A DNA stretch of 64,000 bases from Parapedobacter lycopersici (GTDB lineage: Bacteria > Bacteroidota > Bacteroidia > Sphingobacteriales > Sphingobacteriaceae): the NCBI RefSeq assembly GCF_040395035.1, contig NZ_JBEBRB010000001.1, forward strand, positions 81,579 through 145,578, given 5' to 3'. Shown piece by piece: positions 41,268-49,395 of the stretch. The notes under the pieces were generated by a model, which was not told the origin of the DNA, did not search any database, and saw nothing but the letters and a program-made list of their open reading frames with translations. Made by a program: the position numbers and the translations under genes. Each line of letters begins with the position of its first letter. Position 1 is the stretch's first letter.

Positions 41268-42458
41268 CTAATCGTTTACATATTGGAAAGCCTGCGCAAA
41301 ATCCGCGATCAGGTCATCGATATGTTCTATGCCCACGGAAATCCGCAATAAGCCTTCGTTAATCCCTGCCCGCTCCTTCTCCTGCTTGGAGTGGTGCTTC
41401 CCCCACATGCTGGCCGGGTGCACAATCAGCGACTCTACACCACCCAGGCTGGCCGCATTCGCAAAGATCTTCAATTGACGGAGTATGTTCTGTGCACGGT
41501 GGAACTGCTGTTGCTCATCCTTTCCATCCACCTCAATACAAAGCATTCCGGTAAAACCCCTCATTTGGGTCTTAGCCAATTCATGCTGCGGATGCGAGGG
41601 AAGTCCGCTATAAATGACGCGCCGGACCAGCGGTTGTTGTTCAAGCCACTGCGCCAATTGCAGCGCATTTTCATTAATCTGACGTACACGCATGGCGAGC
41701 GTGCGCAGCCCCCGGAGCAATAACCAGGTATCAAACGGTGCCAGCGCACCGCCGAATGAAAGCAGTTTTTTCCAGGCAATATTAATCGCTTCCGTTGTAC
41801 CGCAGATGACGCCCGCTGTAAGATCGCTGTGCCCGCCGAGGTATTTTGTCGCGCTGTGCACCACGATGTCAATCCCGAAATCGCCCGGCCGCTGGTTGAT
41901 GGGACTCGCGAAGGTATTGTCGCAGATCGTCGTAATGCCATTCCCTCTTGCCAATGTACCCACGAAAGCCAGGTCGGTTATGGCCAGATTCGGATTGGAT
42001 GGTGTTTCCAGATAAATCAGGGTGGTATTTTCGCGGATTGCTTCCCGGAAAGAATTATTGTCACGTTGGTCGGCATAGGATACCGATATCCCAAATTGCG
42101 GCAAAACTTCCCGAAGAAATATGCCGGCGGCCGAATAATGGGACAGCTGGGCAACCACATGGTCACCCGCTTTGACTATCGACAGGATTGCGGTACTGAT
42201 GGCCGCCATGCCGGTGGCCGTCAACAGCGCAGCCTCCTTGCCCTCCAGCCTGGCTAACAGCTCGGCCGTCTGGCTGCTGACCGGATTGCCATGCCGCTGA
42301 TAGAAATGCGGGTACCTCGGCGCAGTAGCTGCTTCAATGAATTCATCCACCCCCGGCGGGGCATAATAGGTTGCGGTTTGGTAAATTGGAGGTACTACAG
42401 AACGGGATGTATTAAATGCATTACCCGAATGGATTAAATCCGTTTCAATATGGTTCAT
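41268..42458 (-). CDS. PLP-dependent trans-sulfuration enzyme (cystathionine gamma-synthase/lyase or methionine gamma-lyase family)
   Basis: ETPSNP, DNTFASP, HSATKYLGGHSD (PLP lysine), SLGGVESL, LLRISVGIE. Confidence 0.9.
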   Translation of the reverse strand: MNHIETDLIHSGNAFNTSRSVVPPIYQTATYYAPPGVDEFIEAATAPRYPHFYQRHGNPVSSQTAELLARLEGKEAALLTATGMAAISTAILSIVKAGDHVVAQLSHYSAAGIFLREVLPQFGISVSYADQRDNNSFREAIRENTTLIYLETPSNPNLAITDLAFVGTLARGNGITTICDNTFASPINQRPGDFGIDIVVHSATKYLGGHSDLTAGVICGTTEAINIAWKKLLSFGGALAPFDTWLLLRGLRTLAMRVRQINENALQLAQWLEQQPLVRRVIYSGLPSHPQHELAKTQMRGFTGMLCIEVDGKDEQQQFHRAQNILRQLKIFANAASLGGVESLIVHPASMWGKHHSKQEKERAGINEGLLRISVGIEHIDDLIADFAQAFQYVND

Positions 42459-42588
42459 GCTGTTTGAAATTTGATAAGGCTAAGGTAAGGAGATCTTCGG
42501 CGAAAACAAATATACCGGCAATGAAACCGGCCCGATGGATGTCCCTTTCCGCCTTCCGAAACCATAGGCAACTCCGGGATGGAACGCA

Positions 42589-42618
42589 CTGCGGCTATCC
42601 CTGATGAAATAGCCGCAG
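42589..42618. terminator. GC-rich hairpin downstream of DoxX gene
   Basis: Perfect 10-bp stem ctgcggctat / atagccgcag, 10-nt loop. Confidence 0.5.
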
Positions 42619-42685
42619 CAATAGTACCCGCCCCCCTGTATAACGGGATGAAATGCCTTTTAATGTGTTCTGTGTAGTGGTCCTG

Positions 42686-43075
42686 TTATTTGCTGATCAT
42701 TGGCAGGTACTTCCGGCGGTTCTCAATAATGACCCAGATATTAGTGGCCATAATAAACAGCGCAACCGGTAATCCCGATGGTGCTACGGTTGAATGTACG
42801 CACAGCACGCCAACTGTAATGGGCAGGATGACAATGGCCCCAAGTGCCCGGGACCTTGCCGGGATAAAAAGCACGCCGCCGATAATTTCGATGGCGGCCA
42901 CCAACGGCATCAGCCAGCTGACTTCCATCAGTGCCATGCTGTCCTTGATCAGCTCTTCCGGCAGGTCAGGGGGTACCGGCATGTAATTAAAAATTTTGTT
43001 CAATCCCGAGTTGATGTAACCCAATCCGAATAAGAGACTCAGTACAAATAAAATTTTCGCTTTCATCGTGTTCAT
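42686..43075 (-). CDS. DoxX-family membrane protein
   Basis: LFGLGYINSGLNK, EIIGGVL, four hydrophobic segments. Confidence 0.82.
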   Translation of the reverse strand: MNTMKAKILFVLSLLFGLGYINSGLNKIFNYMPVPPDLPEELIKDSMALMEVSWLMPLVAAIEIIGGVLFIPARSRALGAIVILPITVGVLCVHSTVAPSGLPVALFIMATNIWVIIENRRKYLPMISK

Positions 43076-43302
43076 TTTTAACGTTTATAATTGTTCAATA
43101 ATAAAATATATTCCTCAATCATCTTTTCCTTCTCATCGTCTTTCTGCCTTGGCTAAAACAAAATTCCTGATAAAATCCGACAGTGGGGTGGTGTGAAAGT
43201 GTCATCTTTGAGGGGTTATCACGACAAAATACTGCCATTGATGCAATATCCTCCCGAATAAGTAATAAACACCTGTTTTCAGTCCGGAAGGGCTGCCAAA
43301 AA

Positions 43303-43330
43303 AATAAAAGAGTTTTTTGTCTTTTATTAA
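43303..43330. promoter_or_regulatory. Putative Rrf2 operator, site 1
   Basis: AATAAAAGA-N8-TCTTTTATT palindrome just upstream of TActTTTG (43339-43346). Confidence 0.7.
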
Positions 43331-43364
43331 AATAACATTACTTTTGTACCATAAACAAACGTGA

Positions 43365-43799
43365 ATGTTCTCTAAAACCTGCGAGTATGCAATAAGGGCT
43401 GTGATCTTCATCGCACGCGAGTCGAAAGACGGACGGCGTGTCGGTGTCCGGGAAATCGCCCAAGGCATCGGTTCACCGGTATATTTCATCGCCAAAATTC
43501 TGCAGGAGCTCAGTAAAAAGGGGATTATCCAGTCGCTGAAAGGTCCCACCGGCGGATTCTATATGGACGGACAATCACTTGATTATACGTTAGCCGATAT
43601 CGTGGTGGCCATTGACGGCGATAAACTGCTCACCGGCTGCGCGCTCGGGCTAAACGAATGTTCGGAGAAACGGCCCTGTCCCCTGCACTTTGAATTCAGG
43701 CATATCCGAAAGGAACTGCACGCACTGCTGGCGCGGACAAAACTGAGTGAATTACAGGATAAATTTGATGCCTCCATCTTTTATCTGGGCAGTAAGTAA
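43365..43799 (+). CDS. Rrf2-family transcriptional regulator with three Fe-S-type cysteines
   Basis: MFSKTCEYAIRA, KILQEL, SLKGPTGGF, CALGLNECSEKRPCPLH. Confidence 0.93.
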   Translation: MFSKTCEYAIRAVIFIARESKDGRRVGVREIAQGIGSPVYFIAKILQELSKKGIIQSLKGPTGGFYMDGQSLDYTLADIVVAIDGDKLLTGCALGLNECSEKRPCPLHFEFRHIRKELHALLARTKLSELQDKFDASIFYLGSK

Positions 43800-43810
43800 A
43801 ATTTTTTGAA

Positions 43811-43838
43811 TTAATAAAAGACAAAAAGGTATTAATAT
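43811..43838. promoter_or_regulatory. Putative Rrf2 operator, site 2
   Basis: ttaataaaagacaaaaa 43811-43827 is the exact reverse complement of 43314-43330. Confidence 0.65.
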
Positions 43839-43845
43839 CGTTTTT

Positions 43846-45969
43846 ATGACACTTTACAACAAAGCAAACCTATCCCTGGTTGGCGTTACATTGCAGGTAC
43901 CCAATATTTATTCATTGCAGCTCGGCTGGTCCGAGTTGGCAATGGGTGCACTCGTCGTTATGCTCCTGGTACTGCTTGGGGTACTGTTATCGTTATACCG
44001 GCGGGTTACTGCCATCCGTAACAGCATCCAGGGTGGGTTTGATATCCGGATCAGACGCCAGCTCAGCCAGCTCAACGGCCGCCAGCTGGACATCGTGCTG
44101 CAACACAAAAAACAGGGTGGTCAAAAACGGGGTACCCTCGCAGCATCGGGAAAGGCGGTGCTTCTGATGATGGCGTTACTGGCCGGCCTCCCTGCGTGGG
44201 CGCAGCCCGACGGTGCTGCTTCGGGTATTGCCTGGGGTAGTGCCGGCATTGTCATCACCCTTGTACTTATACTCATTCCTGTACTCTGCGGCCTCGTTTT
44301 AATGGTTGTGAAGATCCGGCGGACACTAACCCGCTACCAACGCCGGCAGCACAGTGCATTGGCCGATGAATTGGCCCAGTACCTGGATGGACTAACAAAA
44401 AGCGAAGAACTGGATCAGTTGACCAGACGGAAGTCGGCGCTGGACTACCAGCTGACAAATACCGAACTCGCCGGCAACAGCGACGTACACGACAGGCGGG
44501 GCCTGGTAGCTTCTGCGAGCAGCGACGTGAATTTGCCCATTGCCGCGCCAAAAAAACGGGCGGTACGACGGCCCAATATAGACAGTAACCTGGCCAAACT
44601 GGTGCTGTGGTACATCGGCACCTCAGCATTCTGGCTACTATTCGGTACAACGGTTGGCCAATACCTCGGCATCAAATTTCTCGCACCGGATGCCGATCAG
44701 CTAAGCTGGCTGAGTTTTGGCCGGCTCCGTCCGGTACACACCAATGCGGTATTCTGGGGATGGGCATCACTGGGCATGCTGGGATTGGGTTACTACATCG
44801 TACCCCGGGTAAGTAATACGCCCATCGCAAACCTTCGGCACGGCTGGCTCTCGCTGATCCTGATCAACGTTACGGTTGTACTGGGTACCGTCAGCCTCAT
44901 GGCAGGTATCAACAATGGCGGTGGCGAATATCGCGAATATATCTGGCCGGTCATGCTCCCGTTTGCTGTAGCGTTGGTGCTAACCCTGACGAATTTCCTA
45001 AAAACCGTTGCCCGCCGGAAAACTACGGAAATCTACATCTCCAACTGGTATATGATTTCGGCCATCATTTTCACGATTGTCATTGCGCTGGTGGCTTATC
45101 TTCCTTTTTGGCAGAATGGTCTCGGGGAAATTATTGTACAGGGCTACTACATGCACCAGGGCGTAGGTATGTGGTTTATGCTTTTTACACTGGGCATTGT
45201 ATATTACTTCCTGCCGCAGCAGCTTAATAAACCGATCTACTCCTACAGCCTCGGCATCCTCGCTTTCTGGACGCAGATTTTATTTTATACGCTGATTGGC
45301 ACCCACCACTTCATCTTCAGCGCCATTCCATGGTGGCTGCAGACGGTAGCCATCGTGGGCAGTGCGGGTATGGCCATTCCAGTAGTGGCCGGCACCACCA
45401 ATTTCCTGATGACATTCAAAGGCGCTTGGTATAAAGTAAAAGACAGCTACACGCTTCCTTTCTTCCTGGCTGGTATTATCTTCTATTTTACCGGTTCCAT
45501 GCAGGGTACGGCTGAAGCGTTCCGATACACCAACCTCATCTGGCATTTCACCGACTTTACGGTGGCCCACTCGCACCTCACCATGTACGGCATTATCTCG
45601 TTCCTCCTCTGGGGAAGCATGTATGCCGTAGTGCCGCGCCTCACGGGTCAGGAACCTCCCCAGCTCACCGTTGGGGCTCATTTCTGGTTCTCGCTCATCG
45701 GCCTGATGTTCTATACCGTACCGCTCATGTATGGCAGCTCCTTACGCGGCCTGATGTGGATGGACGGAAAGCCGTTTATCGACAGCGTGGTGCTGATGGC
45801 TCCCTATTGGCTGTGGCGGGCCATCGGAGGCACGCTGATGTGGCTCTCACACCTGCTGTTCGCCTATAATCTTTACAAAATGTACAGCACAGACAAGCAA
45901 TCGAACATCGTCGAAGAAGCACTCGAAAAACTGACCGGTAATGACGCTCAGGTCACGCAAACAAAGTAA
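43846..45969 (+). CDS. Divergent cbb3-type (C-family) heme-copper oxidase subunit I with about 245-aa N-terminal extension
   Basis: RLRPVHTNAV (H298), YYMHQGVG (H437), FYTLIGTHH (Y481,H487,H488), TDFTVAHSH (H575,H577). Confidence 0.88.
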   Translation: MTLYNKANLSLVGVTLQVPNIYSLQLGWSELAMGALVVMLLVLLGVLLSLYRRVTAIRNSIQGGFDIRIRRQLSQLNGRQLDIVLQHKKQGGQKRGTLAASGKAVLLMMALLAGLPAWAQPDGAASGIAWGSAGIVITLVLILIPVLCGLVLMVVKIRRTLTRYQRRQHSALADELAQYLDGLTKSEELDQLTRRKSALDYQLTNTELAGNSDVHDRRGLVASASSDVNLPIAAPKKRAVRRPNIDSNLAKLVLWYIGTSAFWLLFGTTVGQYLGIKFLAPDADQLSWLSFGRLRPVHTNAVFWGWASLGMLGLGYYIVPRVSNTPIANLRHGWLSLILINVTVVLGTVSLMAGINNGGGEYREYIWPVMLPFAVALVLTLTNFLKTVARRKTTEIYISNWYMISAIIFTIVIALVAYLPFWQNGLGEIIVQGYYMHQGVGMWFMLFTLGIVYYFLPQQLNKPIYSYSLGILAFWTQILFYTLIGTHHFIFSAIPWWLQTVAIVGSAGMAIPVVAGTTNFLMTFKGAWYKVKDSYTLPFFLAGIIFYFTGSMQGTAEAFRYTNLIWHFTDFTVAHSHLTMYGIISFLLWGSMYAVVPRLTGQEPPQLTVGAHFWFSLIGLMFYTVPLMYGSSLRGLMWMDGKPFIDSVVLMAPYWLWRAIGGTLMWLSHLLFAYNLYKMYSTDKQSNIVEEALEKLTGNDAQVTQTK

Positions 45970-45981
45970 TGATAAGCACCC

Positions 45982-46983
45982 ATGGAATTTTTCAACAACC
46001 ATACTAAACTCTTCACCACCGCCTTTCTCTTCTTTGCGATACTTACGCTGTTCGTGGTGATTATCCCCGCCATTAGCAACCAACAGCGCAATGCCGAACT
46101 GCCGAATGCGGTACCGCTCAGCGAAGATGCCCGGAAGGGCAAGGAACTGTTCATCGCCAACGGTTGTGTCGCCTGTCATACGCAACAAGTGCGCAACGTG
46201 GATATGGACAGCCGTTGGGGAAGCCGGCCGGGCATCGCCGCCGACTATGCGGGCATGAAGCGAATGGATATCTGGCGCAATACGGCAACGCTCGCCGGCA
46301 CTGAGCGCACCGGTCCGGACCTCACCGATGTAGGCAACAGGCAACCGAGTCTCGACTGGAACCTGGTTCACCTCTATAATCCACGGATTGTGGTCATGGA
46401 ATCTATTATGCCAGCTTATCCCTGGTTATTTGAATATAAAACCGTGCTTTCAAAAGGAGACGTGGCTGTCACCGTACCCGAAGCCTTTCTCAACGGGAAG
46501 GAAGGAAAAGTAGTAGCAAAAAAAGAGGCCCTGCAGCTCGTCGCATACCTGCAATCATTGAAACAGGTGGAATTACCGGGAGAAAGCCCGACGCCCCAGT
46601 TCCTCTATAAAAGAGAAGCGGACGCAACAGACAGTTCCGGCGGAACCACCGTGGGTGCCGATGGTGCCCTACTTTACGCCAATAACTGCCAGGCATGCCA
46701 CCAGGCCGACGGAAAAGGGCTGGCCGGCGCATTTCCCTCACTGGCCGGCAGCCCGGTAGTAACGGGCAACGATCTGTCGCTGTACGTAGACATTATCATG
46801 AACGGTTATGACGCACGGCCGGAATATGGTGCCATGCCGGGTGTGGGTACAATGATGGGCTTTTCCGCCGAGGAAGTTGCAGCCATTATTAATCATGAAC
46901 GGACCAGCTGGGGCAACGGCGGCAAACAGGTGACGGCGGAAGAAGTACAGGAAATTTTAACCCTATTGGAAACCGCGAATTAA
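45982..46983 (+). CDS. cbb3-type subunit II (CcoO-like) fused to a second cytochrome c domain
   Basis: GCVACHTQQVR, RTGPDL, HLYNPR, SIMPAYPWL; second CQACH domain with AFPSLAGS and MPG. Confidence 0.9.
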   Translation: MEFFNNHTKLFTTAFLFFAILTLFVVIIPAISNQQRNAELPNAVPLSEDARKGKELFIANGCVACHTQQVRNVDMDSRWGSRPGIAADYAGMKRMDIWRNTATLAGTERTGPDLTDVGNRQPSLDWNLVHLYNPRIVVMESIMPAYPWLFEYKTVLSKGDVAVTVPEAFLNGKEGKVVAKKEALQLVAYLQSLKQVELPGESPTPQFLYKREADATDSSGGTTVGADGALLYANNCQACHQADGKGLAGAFPSLAGSPVVTGNDLSLYVDIIMNGYDARPEYGAMPGVGTMMGFSAEEVAAIINHERTSWGNGGKQVTAEEVQEILTLLETAN

Positions 46984-47103
46984 GCTGCGACTGTCATGTA
47001 CGGCAACAAAAACTCACATACAGATGAAACCTGCAGAAAATACCCATTACACCAAAGACATGAGTAATTCACGCAAGATTCATTGCCTTTAAAAGTAAAT
47101 CAA

Positions 47104-47382
47104 ATGAAAAAAAGAATATATACCCTACTGAGTCTGATGCTTCCCACCCTTACCGGGTTGGCATGCCCGGTGTGTGAAAGGCAGCAGCCGAAACTGTTCC
47201 AGGGAATAACCCACGGCGCAGGGCCAGCCAGCGATTGGGACTACCTGATTATCGCCATTATGGTGGCAATCGTTGTCTTTACGCTCTATTTCTCCGTTAA
47301 GATGCTGGTACGGCCGGGAGAAAACAAGCCGAATCATATTAAACATACCATATTAACTTTGGAAGATGGCAGCGAAAAGTAA
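47104..47382 (+). CDS. Small membrane protein with signal peptide and CPVC motif
   Basis: MKKRIY...GLACPVCERQQP, THGAGP, one TM helix; inside the oxidase operon. Confidence 0.7.
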   Translation: MKKRIYTLLSLMLPTLTGLACPVCERQQPKLFQGITHGAGPASDWDYLIIAIMVAIVVFTLYFSVKMLVRPGENKPNHIKHTILTLEDGSEK

Positions 47383-47773
47383 AGTCATAATCTACATCGA
47401 TGACGAGCCCAACCCCATCGCGGCTTTCGATACCCCGGTTAATTTCGAACTGGATACCCGGAAGCTGGTTGATGGCCTGCACGAGCTCACCATCATCAGT
47501 AAGGATCCGACCGGCAAGGAAGGAATCCGCAAAGTTCCTTTTGAAGTACGGAATGGACCTGCCATCAGCATCGAGGGCATCCGGGAAAACGCCGTGGTGG
47601 ACGGTATTGTGCCACTCATGATCAATGCATACGGCAAAGGCGATCAGAAGGACTTTCTGATCTCAGGGAGTGAAACTCCCCAGAGCATACCTGCCTGGGT
47701 ATGGATTTTGATTATTGGTTTTGCAGGGTGGGCATTATTCTATCTATTTAGGTATTTTGCAATGCCGCTATAA
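47366..47773 (+). CDS. Hypothetical protein, Ig-like beta-rich domain with C-terminal TM anchor
   Basis: FELDTRKLVDGLHELTI...FEVRNGP beta-sandwich pattern; C-terminal WVWILIIGFAGWALFYL; overlaps previous stop. Confidence 0.7.
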   Translation: MAAKSKVIIYIDDEPNPIAAFDTPVNFELDTRKLVDGLHELTIISKDPTGKEGIRKVPFEVRNGPAISIEGIRENAVVDGIVPLMINAYGKGDQKDFLISGSETPQSIPAWVWILIIGFAGWALFYLFRYFAMPL

Positions 47774-47782
47774 GGCGTAAAA

Positions 47783-48190
47783 ATGGGAACGATCATGGAA
47801 AAGAAAAACGACATCACAACAATTGACGATATCCAGCAACTGGTAGACACGTTTTACGGCAAGGTAAGGGAAAATCCATTAATAGGGCCAATCTTCAATG
47901 GCGTAATCGGCGATCGCTGGCCGGAGCATCTCGCAAAAATGTACCGGTTCTGGCAAACCGTGCTGTTCGGCGAACACACGTATTTCGGCAGTCCATTCCC
48001 CCCGCATGCCCAGCTTCCGGTGGATCGGCGGCATTTCGACACCTGGCTGGGACTGTGGCACGCTACCATCGACCAGTTTTTTGAGGGAGAGAAGGCTACA
48101 GAAGCAAAATGGCGGGGCGATAAGATGGCCGAAATGTTTCTTGCCAAAATCGACTACTTCAGAAATAATCAATCATCCCCGCTGTTATGA
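47783..48190 (+). CDS. Group III truncated haemoglobin
   Basis: LVDTFYGKVR, IGPIF, WPEHLAKMYRFW, PFPPH, HFDTWL. Confidence 0.92.
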   Translation: MGTIMEKKNDITTIDDIQQLVDTFYGKVRENPLIGPIFNGVIGDRWPEHLAKMYRFWQTVLFGEHTYFGSPFPPHAQLPVDRRHFDTWLGLWHATIDQFFEGEKATEAKWRGDKMAEMFLAKIDYFRNNQSSPLL

Positions 48191-48630
48191 GTACCCTCGT
48201 TAAACAACCTACTGCGGTTGCCTGTCTTTTTATCTGGATCGGCATGGTCTGCGGCATTAGTTTCCTGGAAGCCTGGCTTAAATTCCGCGCACCCGGTGTC
48301 ACGATGCCGATCGGCCTGGGAATCGGCCGCCTCGTTTTCAATACCCTCAACAAAGTAGAATGGGTGCTTGCCGCCATCGTTGTGGTCACCGCCATGATGC
48401 ACACCAATACGCTGTTTTCAGCCAGGAATGCATTTCTGCTTCTTGCGGTTATCATCCTCATCCTGCAAACGGCGTGGCTGTTGCCCACATTGGATGCCCG
48501 GGCTCAACTGGTTATCGAAAACAAGCCGCTTCCGCCCTCCAATCTGCATTACCTGTTCATTGGGGCGGAAGTGCTGAAAATTGCAGGCCTCTTTGCCGCG
48601 GCAATCGGCCACTTTGAAAAAACTACCTAA
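48187..48630 (+). CDS. Four-TM membrane protein (DUF4149-like)
   Basis: WIGMVCGISFLEAWLKF, GRLVF, WLLPTLDARA; ATGA overlap with the globin gene. Confidence 0.72.
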   Translation: MSTLVKQPTAVACLFIWIGMVCGISFLEAWLKFRAPGVTMPIGLGIGRLVFNTLNKVEWVLAAIVVVTAMMHTNTLFSARNAFLLLAVIILILQTAWLLPTLDARAQLVIENKPLPPSNLHYLFIGAEVLKIAGLFAAAIGHFEKTT

Positions 48631-48640
48631 AAATACCGCC

Positions 48641-49369
48641 ATGGAAATTACAACCCAACATACTGTCGGCCAGGTGGTCGCCAGAGACTACCGCTCGGCC
48701 GCTGTATTCAGCAAGGCCGGAATCGATTTTTGCTGCGGAGGCAACCGGACCATCGACGAAGCCTGCCAGCAGGCAGGTGTCGCCCCTGCTCCCCTGATCG
48801 ACGCCCTTAAAGCCGCCCTTACGACGGATCAGGGTACCGGGGAAAATGACTACGACGCGTGGCCGCTTGACATGCTCGCCGACCATATTGAAGATACACA
48901 TCACCGCTATGTCGAATCCAGGATCTCGGAAATTACGCCACTGCTTCAGAAAATAAAAACAGTGCATGGCGACCGCCATCCGGAACTTGCCCGGATCATG
49001 GACTTGTTTACGGAAGCCGGCGGGGAACTCACTTTGCACATGAAGAAAGAAGAGCTGATGCTCTTCCCGTTTATCCGGCGGATGGCACAGGCACAGCGCC
49101 AAGGGGAACCGCTGCCGCCCTCCCGCTTTGGGACGGTAGCCAATCCGATCGCCATGATGGAGCACGACCACGATGGCGAAGGCGAGCGCTTCCGCCAGAT
49201 TGCCGCGCTGTCCGGAAATTACACTCCCCCATCGGATGCCTGCAACACCTACCGGGTAACCCTGGCCTTGCTGCAGGAATTTGAAGCCGACCTCCACCTG
49301 CATATTCACCTGGAAAATAACATCCTATTTCCGAAAGCAGTCCAAATGGAAAGCGAGCTGTCGTCCTGA
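48641..49369 (+). CDS. ric: Iron-sulfur cluster repair di-iron protein (Ric/ScdA/YtfE)
   Basis: GIDFCCGG, HHRY, HMKKEELMLFP, MMEHDHD, HIHLENNILFP. Start moved to ATG 48641. Confidence 0.95.
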   Translation: MEITTQHTVGQVVARDYRSAAVFSKAGIDFCCGGNRTIDEACQQAGVAPAPLIDALKAALTTDQGTGENDYDAWPLDMLADHIEDTHHRYVESRISEITPLLQKIKTVHGDRHPELARIMDLFTEAGGELTLHMKKEELMLFPFIRRMAQAQRQGEPLPPSRFGTVANPIAMMEHDHDGEGERFRQIAALSGNYTPPSDACNTYRVTLALLQEFEADLHLHIHLENNILFPKAVQMESELSS

Positions 49370-49395
49370 CAGTGGGCCACTCAACAACCGCGATC

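Noticed and set aside
42459-42685. Possible SAM riboswitch upstream of the trans-sulfuration gene
   Set aside because: No SAM-I or SAM-II core recognised; a TAtaTTTG element at 42514-42507 implies a leader of only about 40 nt; the hairpin at 42589-42618 lies upstream of that promoter.
43202-43549. 115-aa minus-strand ORF
   Set aside because: Overlaps the Rrf2 gene and its operator antisense; no family features.
43846-45969. Calling subunit I a classical NorB (cNOR/qNOR)
   Set aside because: Lacks the HLWVEG glutamate motif, keeps helix-VII Tyr and RLRPxHTN, and its partner is CcoO-like rather than NorC.
46993-47085. Two 22-23 codon micro-ORFs between ccoO-like and the CPVC gene
   Set aside because: Too short, not hydrophobic (so not CcoQ-like), no supporting signal.
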